A stretch of DNA of 64,000 nt from an uncultured Bacteroidales bacterium (GTDB taxonomy: Bacteria; Bacteroidota; Bacteroidia; Bacteroidales; GCA-2748055). The stretch's first letter is position 1; each line of letters begins with the position of its first letter. This document shows, piece by piece, positions 50,223 through 58,952 of the stretch. The position numbers were made by a program, and so were the translations under genes. The stretch covers positions 131,116 to 195,115 of the forward strand of contig CAVXSF010000009.1 of the NCBI GenBank assembly GCA_963764345.1. The letters run 5' to 3'. Below the pieces are notes generated by a model that searched no databases, was not told the DNA's origin, and was given only the letters and a program-made list of their open reading frames with translations.

Positions 50223-50782
50223 AAGACAGGCTGGAAGAATTCATCAAAGCAAACCGTGAGGGGTTCGATGTTTATGAACCCGGGGAGAATATCTGGAAAG
50301 GCATTCAGAAACGAAGAACCGCCAGGATCATGGTGAGCCATTCCTTATTGGTCCAACTGACCCGGGTAGCTGCGGTACTCCTGATCTTTGCCGCTTCCTG
50401 GGCTCTGCACGACTATTTCGATTACCGGCACAGGATCGCTTTGGAAAATCAGGAAAACCAGATTTACAGTGAAATCCCGGAATTACGGGAAACCGAAAAC
50501 TATTACAACAGCCTGGTATCGGTGAAGATGAAAGAACTTCAACCCTATTTCAGACAGGTGCCGGGGCTTGACAAGGAGGTAAAGGGCGATCTGACCCAGC
50601 TCGACAGCGTGTATGTTTCCCTTAAAAAAGACCTCAGGGATAATATCGCAAATGATGAAGTCATTGAAGCCATGATACAGAATTACAGGATGAAGCTTGA
50701 GATCCTCGAGGATCTGCTTAACGAACTCAAAATGGAAAAAAATCCGGTTAAACATGAAACAAAAGGATCATCATCTATTTAG
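50219..50782 (+). CDS. Anti-sigma-like single-pass membrane protein
   Basis: Its ATG overlaps the sigma stop (ATGA). The N-terminal segment is LEEFIKANREGFDVYEPGENIWKGI, followed by one TM (VAAVLLIFAASWALH). Confidence 0.55.
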   Translation: MKDRLEEFIKANREGFDVYEPGENIWKGIQKRRTARIMVSHSLLVQLTRVAAVLLIFAASWALHDYFDYRHRIALENQENQIYSEIPELRETENYYNSLVSVKMKELQPYFRQVPGLDKEVKGDLTQLDSVYVSLKKDLRDNIANDEVIEAMIQNYRMKLEILEDLLNELKMEKNPVKHETKGSSSI

Positions 50783-51863
50783 TGCTCTGCTGATATTTGC
50801 CGTACTATGGCCGGTCAGCCTCTGCGGGCAAACCTTCACAGACAATAAAAAAGAGGAGAAAACCTTCAGGGCCGGACCGGAGACCACCATAGAAGTGGAT
50901 AATAAGTACGGCCAGATTCATGTCATCCCCTGGAAGAAGGATTCGGTGAGGTTTGAAGCCAATGCGCTCATCAGTTCCAACAATCTTTCAAGGGTGCAGA
51001 AAATCAAAAACAATATCCGGTTCGATTTCAGCGCATCGGACTATTATGTAACGGCCACCACCGATTTCGGGAACACCGGCAACCAGATCTTCACTGAACT
51101 GAAAAACATCTCCGACAACCTGATCACAGGGAAGAACAGCATTGAAATTAACTACACCATTTACTGTCCGGAAAAAGTCAATCTCTCCCTCATTAATAAG
51201 TTTGGCGATATCTATATGGATGACATATCCGGCCGGGTGAAGGTAAGCCTGTCAAACGGCGACATCCGGATAAACAGCATTGACGGGGAAGCCCAGATTG
51301 AAGTCAATTTTGGTACGGGGGTCATCAACCACCTGACTGACGGCAGACTGTCGGTAGCATATTCGGACCTGATGATCAGGAAAGCGGATAAACTGAACCT
51401 GACCTCAAAATCTTCGACAATAAACATTACCGATGCCGGTCTGATCAAACTGGAATCGCACCGGGATAAATTATTTATAACTAATGTGAGCCATCTCATC
51501 GGCTCGGGTGACTTTTCACAGATCTGGGTGGATAACCTGCTCTGTGAGTGCAGTGCCAATCTGAAATTTGGAAACCTTACGATTGACAAAGTCAGCGCAG
51601 ATTTTTGCAAGCTCGACCTGCAGTCGGAATACACTGACATCAACCTGTCACTTGAAAAAGGTGTGTGGTACCACGCCGACCTGTTTTATATCCAAAATGC
51701 GTTTGTCTCGTTTCCCGGCAGTGAGGAAAGTCTTGGTGTTACCAAAGAGGACTCATCACCAGATGAAGTACATGCATCATGGCATAGGGGACAGGGTAAT
51801 AATCTTCCGGAGCTGAAAATTAAGGCACTCCAGAAATGTTACGTCAACATCAGCCAGAAATAG
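50754..51863 (+). CDS. Secreted beta-rich protein, DUF4097-like (putative adhesin fold)
   Basis: I chose ATG 50754 (MKQKDHHLFSALLIFAVLWPVSLCGQ signal peptide). It has repeated G-D-I-x-I / GxxxV strand patterns (VKVSLSNGDIRINSIDGEAQIEVNFGTGVINHL). Confidence 0.5.
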   Translation: MKQKDHHLFSALLIFAVLWPVSLCGQTFTDNKKEEKTFRAGPETTIEVDNKYGQIHVIPWKKDSVRFEANALISSNNLSRVQKIKNNIRFDFSASDYYVTATTDFGNTGNQIFTELKNISDNLITGKNSIEINYTIYCPEKVNLSLINKFGDIYMDDISGRVKVSLSNGDIRINSIDGEAQIEVNFGTGVINHLTDGRLSVAYSDLMIRKADKLNLTSKSSTINITDAGLIKLESHRDKLFITNVSHLIGSGDFSQIWVDNLLCECSANLKFGNLTIDKVSADFCKLDLQSEYTDINLSLEKGVWYHADLFYIQNAFVSFPGSEESLGVTKEDSSPDEVHASWHRGQGNNLPELKIKALQKCYVNISQK

Positions 51864-51968
51864 GATGACCATGAGACGATCTGAAAAAACTCTCGCCGGG
51901 TTTACCCCGGAATTTGCGGCAACCCATCACGGAAATAATTTATGCAACAAACATAAAACCGTCAAATA

Positions 51969-52697
51969 ATGAAAACAACGATCAGAATTACAGCCATGCT
52001 GTCGGTCGCTTCACTCCTATTCCTTGCTTCCTGTGACGGATTCGGTCCGGGATGCATCAGGGGCAATAACCGGATAGCCTCCGAAAGGAGGACCGTCGGC
52101 AGTTTTAACGAGGTAGAATCAAACGGCAGCTTTGTCGTGGAAGTTACAATAGGAAGTTCAGGCGATCTCACTGTTGAGGGTGACGAAAATCTACTGCCCT
52201 ATATCGAGACCTTTATCCAGGGAAACCGTCTGATCATCGAGACCAGGAACGACAAATGTATACGGTCCAACGAACCGGTGAAGGTCTTTGTATCCACCCC
52301 GGATATCAGTAGTCTGAAAATGTCGGGATCAGGGGCTATCTATTGCGATCATATCACTTCACAAAACCTTTTCCTCGAAGTATCGGGTTCCGGGCTTATA
52401 GAGAGCCATGCCGTGAACCTGGCTTATATGCGCGCGAAAATCAGCGGATCCGGTGTCATTGAAGTATGGGGTAAAACCACCGATGCCGATCTGACCATAT
52501 CGGGTTCCGGACTCATCAAAACCCTCAACCTGCAACAGGACAAATGCTATGCAAACATTTCAGGTTCAGGGAACATTTACGCCAACGTTTTAAATAATCT
52601 CGATGTAACCATCAGTGGTAGCGGTAGCCTTTTTTACAATGGCGATCCGGTCATAACCCAAACCATCAGCGGATCGGGAAGTGTCAGGAAATATTGA
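51969..52697 (+). CDS. Lipoprotein with a DUF2807 / head-GIN beta-helix domain
   Basis: It has the lipobox LLFLASC and repeated SGSGxI motifs (MSGSGAIY, VSGSGLIE, ISGSGVIE, ISGSGLIK, ISGSGNIY, ISGSGSLF, ISGSGSV). Confidence 0.7.
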   Translation: MKTTIRITAMLSVASLLFLASCDGFGPGCIRGNNRIASERRTVGSFNEVESNGSFVVEVTIGSSGDLTVEGDENLLPYIETFIQGNRLIIETRNDKCIRSNEPVKVFVSTPDISSLKMSGSGAIYCDHITSQNLFLEVSGSGLIESHAVNLAYMRAKISGSGVIEVWGKTTDADLTISGSGLIKTLNLQQDKCYANISGSGNIYANVLNNLDVTISGSGSLFYNGDPVITQTISGSGSVRKY

Positions 52698-52743
52698 GCC
52701 GGCCTTTGAAACCGGATGAATTCAATCACAACGAAATACAACT

Positions 52744-53244
52744 ATGAAGAATTTTTTACTCACCGTGATTTTTCTGGGGATCACGACCGGCATGGAAGCC
52801 CAGAACTACACCCGGGAAGCCGGGATAAGAGGCGGCCTGACCTCTGGGTTTACTTTTCGACAGTACCTCAACGATCATCTGTCTTACGAAGGGCTCCTCA
52901 GTTTCAGGCAACGAGGCTTGCAACTAACGGTTCTGCGTCAGATCCATGAACAGGAACCGAATGATTATGTGGACAACCTCTTCCTCGTTTATGGTTTAGG
53001 AGCACACGCCGGTTTTTATTACAGTGACATATACCGTTCGATGTGGTACCGCGATTATTATTATTCACAACCGGTCTTTTCACCGGTGATTGGTATCGAC
53101 GGATATGTGGGGGCCGAATACCGCTTCACCACTGTACCCTTTGGTTTTGGTATTGATTACAAACCATTTTTTGAATTCTCCACGGTCCAGTTTTTCAGGC
53201 TGAGGCTCTGGGATTTTGCTTTCACGGCCAGGTACAGATTTTAG
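52744..53244 (+). CDS. Small outer-membrane beta-barrel protein (hypothetical)
   Basis: It has a signal peptide, Gly/aromatic alternation and a C-terminal ARYRF. Confidence 0.45.
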   Translation: MKNFLLTVIFLGITTGMEAQNYTREAGIRGGLTSGFTFRQYLNDHLSYEGLLSFRQRGLQLTVLRQIHEQEPNDYVDNLFLVYGLGAHAGFYYSDIYRSMWYRDYYYSQPVFSPVIGIDGYVGAEYRFTTVPFGFGIDYKPFFEFSTVQFFRLRLWDFAFTARYRF

Positions 53245-53290
53245 CCGTTCAACACCCTGATCATAATTACAAACCTTAAAACTTAAATAC

Positions 53291-53923
53291 ATGAAAACAT
53301 TAGCAACTGTCATACTACTGTCACTGATTTGTTTTCCCGTCTTTTCACAGGAACAGCCGGATAAAAATCAGGGGATTACCACCATTTTCGGACAGAACAA
53401 GGGCACAAACGGCGGATATGGTGCTTTCGGGGCAGGATACAGCATCATCAACAACCTGGATGCCATCGTCATCGGAGGCAGGGCAGCATGGATCATTAAT
53501 CACAGCCTGGCCCTCGGCTTTGCAGGTTCGGGATTCATGAATGACTTTCAATATGATGCGGTCTATGATGAAGATATCAACTTAACCGGCGGTTACGGCG
53601 GGTTGCTCATCGAGCCCATCATTTTCCCCAAAGCACCGGTACATTTGTCCTTTCCGATCATCGGCGGTGTAGGGGGAATTGCCTACACCCGAACAAGTCA
53701 CACCTATAACAACTGGGATTATCCAGGCAGCTGGATTGAGGATACGGAAACGTTCCTTGTATTTGAACCAGGAGTGGAGATGGAATTGAATATTGTCAAA
53801 TTTTTCCGGCTGGCCTTCGGTGTGAGTTACCGTTTCACAACGGATCTGCAGCTCCTCAATATACCACCACAGGCTCTGGAAGGATTCACCACCGGGATCA
53901 CCTTCAAGTTCGGCAAGTTTTAG
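53291..53923 (+). CDS. Gly-rich secreted/outer-membrane protein (hypothetical)
   Basis: It has the signal peptide MKTLATVILLSLICFPVFSQ, Gly-rich strands and a C-terminal FKFGKF. Confidence 0.45.
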   Translation: MKTLATVILLSLICFPVFSQEQPDKNQGITTIFGQNKGTNGGYGAFGAGYSIINNLDAIVIGGRAAWIINHSLALGFAGSGFMNDFQYDAVYDEDINLTGGYGGLLIEPIIFPKAPVHLSFPIIGGVGGIAYTRTSHTYNNWDYPGSWIEDTETFLVFEPGVEMELNIVKFFRLAFGVSYRFTTDLQLLNIPPQALEGFTTGITFKFGKF

Positions 53924-53931
53924 TCACCGGC

Positions 53932-55769
53932 TTAAAGCCTCACCAGACCAGTGAGCCAGGCAGCACTATGAGGTATCCAGTCTTCGTCGGTGAAGGATAC
54001 CGGCCCGTCATTAGCCCTGATTGGTTCAGTATCCATTTTGAATTGTTCACCGGTAGAGAAGCCGTTGCAGATGACGCCGCGTGTCTGAAACCAGGTACCT
54101 GCCCAGCGATTCCCGACGCCACACATCATGCTTGCAGGCAGGGCTGTATCCTGGGGCACATCTGTACTGAAGATAACACAGGCTTTCAGGTTATCACGCG
54201 TGATACCGGCATTGAGACCGGCCAGCCACTGGAGGTTTCCGTAGGCTATGTCTTTCAGGTGGGGTTCATCAAACAGCTTGTTAAGTTCAAGGGCCAGGGC
54301 AGCTGTATAGCCATAGATGGCATTTGTGCCGTGGAAAGGGCCGGCAAACCATATAGGACCTTCCTTCCCGAAAATACCCAGAGGAACGATGAGGAAAGGA
54401 TTGGCGTCACAGGCAGGGATCAGGAAGCCATGGGTAAAATGGTCAAGGGTATCCTTCCACTTTGCAGAATCCTCATGATCACTCCAGAGCTTCACCATTT
54501 CGATAAAAGGCATCAGGTAATTCGGGTAGAAACCGCCGATGTCTGATCCGAAATCTTTACCTACGATACAATGGCACCATGACTTTTCACTGAAAGGGAG
54601 GCTGGCATATTCATTAAAATGACCAAAAAAACCATTCTCGGGATTATCTTTTGTAATCTGGCGGGCCATGATCTTTCGTGCAAAGGTGACACAGGTATTC
54701 TTATCCGCATCCTTTTCACCCTCACATTTCCATTTTTCAAGAGCACCCCAGCACATCGCCACAAGATCGCGGGTCTGAAATTCATTATCCGGAATCCTGG
54801 TGTCGGGTGACAAGCCCCTTTGGCTGAAGCTGAATCCAAAACTTCCCATAGGTCTGGCTGTATAAAGCAACCAGTCAAAGGTTTGATCAGCAGTTTCACG
54901 GTACCGGGTCTTTTTCTCCCCGTACGTATCCGGCAGTAGTCGTGCTGCCCGATATAAAGCCACGACAGCTTTCGTGGCATCGTTTGGCAGGATATCCTTC
55001 TCATGGCCCAGCAGGTCGTGCGACATGGCGCCGGCAGGGTAGCCCAGCTCCCTGGCTTTGTCTGCCGTCATCACCAGGTAATCGCAGCCGATGATGATCT
55101 GATCGTATATGCGCTGACGGAAGGTGTCATCGTAACGGTTACCAGCCAGTTCAAGCAATTCCTGTAATCCAATGATCATGGCACTCTGGGCACAGCTTTC
55201 CACCCACAGCGTTCCGGCATCCTGCCAACCTGCACCAACTTTTGTAAAATGTTTCCTCCGCTCCAGCATATCTACCGAAGCATACGGAACCGATTTATCC
55301 CATAGGATATTCTTCGCCACGAAAAGACCGCCGTTCATTATCCGCCTCTTTCCTTTGTCAGTCACCTCGGCAGTCCATTCACCCTCTTCGTCTATCCCGG
55401 GAATTCCGCTACCCACCAATGGCTTCCCCACAATTCACCCCAGTATTTACATGCTGCGCTGTACTTACCTCCTCCATCTGCCGGCAACAACCTGCATTCA
55501 GCACCGTCGCCAAGTAATACTCTGGAAGGCAGTCTGACCAGTATCCTCACGGGATGACCAGTCTCATACCCGATCTGGCTGAATAAAAGGCCGGCCGCGC
55601 CCTGACCGGGTAAAAATTCAGGATGATGAAAAACAGGGAACGGTTCCCTTTCTTCCTTTTTTTCCATAGAAGAGCATGAAGCGACTGATGCTCCGCCAAT
55701 CATAATCGTCGAGGCCAGCGCTGATGTTTTGAAAAAACCACGCCGTGTAAAAGCTTTACCGGATTTCAT
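53932..55769 (-). pseudogene. TAT-signal lipoprotein with an N-terminal Ig-like domain and an (alpha/alpha)6-barrel glycoside-hydrolase-like body; one frame change as sequenced
   Basis: ORF 55392-55769 starts MKSGKAFTRRGFFKTSALASTIMIGGASVASC (twin-Arg plus lipobox). It ends ...HWWVAEFPG. ORF 53932-55431 continues IDEEGEWTAEV. Adding one G to ttcccggg-atagac (about 55392-55400) joins them. The fold assignment is tentative. Confidence 0.55.
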
Positions 55770-55937
55770 AAACCAGGGGTGTTAAGTTTGAATGACAAGG
55801 ACGAATGTATGAAAATCCACTTGTACGCACAAGCAGAAACCGGATAAATCGCATCCTCAAACCATTCACAAATGAAAGAGCCGCAGCAGCACCAGGCAAA
55901 CAATAAATGCCCGGTATTCAGCTTACGGATGACAAAA

Positions 55938-58076
55938 TTATTTCGCGTTGAAATTATGGATGCCCTGATCGAGATAGGCTACATAAGCAGAAATATTGAG
56001 TTCTTTGCCAATGGGATCAGCCAGCAGCTTGCCACTGGCATCGGTAAGGGCATACAATGGCGTAGTGAGGGTTCCGAAATGTACAATCTCGAAGTATTTG
56101 TTAATATCACCGATGTTCTTCAGTACTTTCCCGTCGGGTGTTGTCACCCATTCCTCTTCCGGCAGCCTGGTCTTATCGTCAGTGTAAAGCGATATGACCA
56201 CATAATCTTCCTTAAGTCTTTTCAATACCTGGGGATCGGACCAAACCTGGCTTTCCATCTGCTTGCAGTTACTGCAGGTGTGACCGGTGAAATCGAGGAA
56301 AATGGGTTTGTTCCTGGATGTGGCGCATTTCACACCATCGGCATAATCAAAATACCCCTGGATGCCATAGGGAAATTCGAACAGATCGTTGTATTTTCCG
56401 GGTCCGCAATAGGTATCATCATTATCCTGGCTGGCAGGCGTCATGGCCGTTGATCCTATGTGAAAGCTCTGTTCCGATTTTGGGGGTATCAGGGCAGCGA
56501 TCAGTTTCAGGTCATTACCGAAGATCCCTGTGAAAAGGTAGATACTGAACACGAAAAAGATGATCGCCAGGAGGAGTCTGGGTACAGAGATAAATGGTAA
56601 ATCGCTGTCATGTGAAAGTTTCAGTTTGCCTAGAAGGTAAAAACCGATCATCAGTGAAATGACAAACCAGATGGCCAGGTATACTTCCCTGCTGAAGATA
56701 TTCAGATGATATGCCTGATCCATCGCACTGAGAAATTTCATACCGAAGGCCAGCATGAAAAAGCCAAGAATGACCTTTACCGAATTCAGCCATCCTCCTG
56801 ATCTTGGCAGGTTTCCCAACATTGAGGGAAAAATGGCCAGGAAGGTGAACGGGAGTGCGAAGGCAAGTGAAAAGAAGAACATCCCCATGATAGGCTTCAG
56901 CGCAGCTCCTCCTGAAGCGGCTTCGATCAGTAATGTTCCGACGATGGGACCTGTACAGGAAAAGGACACCAGAACGGTGGTCAGACCCATGAAGAACGGT
57001 CCGATAAATCCGCCCCGGTCAGCCTGCCTGTCGGCCCGGTTCACCATGCCCGACGGAAGGACGATCTCGAACATACCCAGGAAGGAAGCTGCAAATACCA
57101 TAAACAGGGCGAAGAATATCAGGTTGGGGATCCAGTTAGTGCTGAGGGTGTTTCCAATATTGGCATCGAGGCCCGTCAGGGATACCAGCACGCCGAGGCC
57201 GGTATAGATTACGATGATTGAAAGTCCGAATACAAGGCCCTTCATAACAGCCGGTCCTTTCTTTTCACTTCCCCGCATAAAGAAGGAAACTGTCATCGGG
57301 ATCATGGGAAAAACACAGGGCGTAAGTACGCCTGCCAGACCTGCAAGAAAGGATATGAGCATAAAAAGCCAGAAAGATTTTTGTTCCTCCTTTATAGGGT
57401 TGGCAACGATGTTTTGCTGTGTGGAAGGCGAAGCTTCCTGTATCGAAGCCTGGCTTTCTTCTGCTTTTGACATTGTGCCGGCTGACAGATTCGTATCCTT
57501 TTCGCCAACCATACCAGCAGCTCCGGCAGATTCCGTTTCATGTTCCGGCCCGGACATTTTCGTGCCGGTTACTACTTTAGCCGCTGCAGAAGGATTACCA
57601 GGAAGAGAAAATGAGAAGTCCTTCTGGAAAGGCGGCAGGCAGGTCTCGTCGTTGCAGCACTGGTATTCGACACTCCCTTTCAGCGTAACAGGACTTGCTG
57701 AAAGTACTTTTACGGTCTGGTGAAACTGTGCTTTTTTGTAATATGCTCCTACATTAAACTGAAAACCTTCATCGAATTTTACCACCGGTTTGATATCTTC
57801 TTTGATATCACTGAAGAGCTTCACGGAAGGGTTTGGTGTAATACTGATCGTGGTAGGTATAGGTCCGGTTTGTTCCAGTTGGATGGCATACATATGCCAG
57901 GGACTCTGGATATCGGCTTTAAATATGAGGTCGTAAATGCCGTCACCTTTTTTCACTGTCGAATAGTCCCAGGTAACGGGATCCTGTGCCTGCATGTTAA
58001 ACTGAGAAAAGGCCGGCATGCAAAGGATAGCCAGGAGCGCGATCAGGAAACCTAACTTTTTCATCATTTCTGACAT
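55938..58076 (-). CDS. dsbD: Thiol:disulfide interchange protein DsbD (DipZ) family
   Basis: The ORF is 712 aa. The N-terminal periplasmic domain carries YQCCNDETCLPP. The CcdA-like membrane core carries LTPCVFPMIP. The C-terminal thioredoxin fold carries FTGHTCSNCKQME. Confidence 0.85.
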   Translation of the reverse strand: MSEMMKKLGFLIALLAILCMPAFSQFNMQAQDPVTWDYSTVKKGDGIYDLIFKADIQSPWHMYAIQLEQTGPIPTTISITPNPSVKLFSDIKEDIKPVVKFDEGFQFNVGAYYKKAQFHQTVKVLSASPVTLKGSVEYQCCNDETCLPPFQKDFSFSLPGNPSAAAKVVTGTKMSGPEHETESAGAAGMVGEKDTNLSAGTMSKAEESQASIQEASPSTQQNIVANPIKEEQKSFWLFMLISFLAGLAGVLTPCVFPMIPMTVSFFMRGSEKKGPAVMKGLVFGLSIIVIYTGLGVLVSLTGLDANIGNTLSTNWIPNLIFFALFMVFAASFLGMFEIVLPSGMVNRADRQADRGGFIGPFFMGLTTVLVSFSCTGPIVGTLLIEAASGGAALKPIMGMFFFSLAFALPFTFLAIFPSMLGNLPRSGGWLNSVKVILGFFMLAFGMKFLSAMDQAYHLNIFSREVYLAIWFVISLMIGFYLLGKLKLSHDSDLPFISVPRLLLAIIFFVFSIYLFTGIFGNDLKLIAALIPPKSEQSFHIGSTAMTPASQDNDDTYCGPGKYNDLFEFPYGIQGYFDYADGVKCATSRNKPIFLDFTGHTCSNCKQMESQVWSDPQVLKRLKEDYVVISLYTDDKTRLPEEEWVTTPDGKVLKNIGDINKYFEIVHFGTLTTPLYALTDASGKLLADPIGKELNISAYVAYLDQGIHNFNAK

Positions 58077-58089
58077 TTTATTGAAGGGA

Positions 58090-58097
58090 CAAAGATA
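58090..58097 (-). promoter_or_regulatory. Candidate -7 promoter box (TAnnTTTG) for dsbD
   Basis: TATCTTTG on the minus strand lies 13 nt upstream of the dsbD ATG (58076). It is squeezed between the gene and the left end of array R5 (58109). This is a motif match only. Confidence 0.3.
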
Positions 58098-58108
58098 TAA
58101 AAATATAT

Positions 58109-58919
58109 GGAGACGGGTCAGGGAAAGGCGAAAGGTGAAAGTTAGGGAGTTAGGGAGTTAGGGATTGAGGGAGTTAGGGAGTTAGGGATTGAGGGAGTTA
58201 GGGATTTAGGATAGTTAGGGATTGAGGGATTAGGGATTGAGGGATTAGGGATTAGGGATTGAGGGATTGAGGGATTGAGGGAGTTAGGGATTGAGGGATT
58301 GAGGGATTGAGGGATTGAGGGATTTAGTAAATGCTACGGTGGGCTGGGTTTCCCCTTTAAGGGGATTAAGGGGTGAGCGTGGGGAAAAAGATGCGGGAAA
58401 AAGAATAGAGGGAAGAGAGGTGGGAGTTAGGGATTGAGGGATTGAGGGATTGAGGGATTAGTGAAGATGGGTTGAGGATGGACTGAGATTTCCCCTTTAG
58501 GGGATTAGAGGGGTGAGCGTGGGGAAAAAGATGCGGGAAAGGGAAGGATAGAGGGAGAGAGTTAGGGAGTTAGGGATTGAGGGATTGAGGGATTGAGGGA
58601 TTGAGGGATTGAGGGATTGAGGGATTTAGTAAATGCTACGGTGGGCTGGGTTTCCCCTTTAAGGGGATTAAGGGGTGAGCGTGGGGAAAAAGATGCGGGA
58701 AAAAGAATAGAGGGAAGAGAGGTGGGAGTTAGGGAGTTAGGGAGTTAGGGAGTTAGGGATTGAGGGAGTTAGGGATTTAGTAAATGCTACGGCGGGCTGA
58801 GTTTCCCCTTTAGGGGACTAAGGGGTGAGCGTAGGGAGTGAGAGAGTTCGTGGTTGAGTTGTTCGTAATTCCTAATCTTTAATAATCTGTCCCGTATAGT
58901 TATCGGGATCTGTGGTGAA
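58109..58919 (+). repeat. G-rich mosaic repeat array R5
   Basis: It starts GGAGACGGGTCAGGGAAAGGCGAAAGGTGAAAGTTAGGGAGTTAGGG. It has long GGGATTGA / GGGAGTTA / GGGATTA tracts. There are four copies of TTTCCCCTTTA(A)GGGGATTAAGGGGTGAGCGTGGGG, each followed by a GAAAAAGATGCGGGAAA.. module. The right end is GTTCGTAATTCCTAATC...ATCTGTGGTGAA. Confidence 0.9.
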
Positions 58920-58952
58920 AATAAAGGATAAGGTCGAACGTAAGAAAGTGCC

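Noticed and set aside
9308-58919. I considered whether the arrays are MITEs or IS remnants.
   Set aside because: There are no terminal inverted repeats; the two ends are different and not complementary. I found no obvious target-site duplications and no transposase remnants. Non-autonomous mobility by an unknown mechanism is not excluded, so the arrays are kept as a finding rather than called mobile elements.
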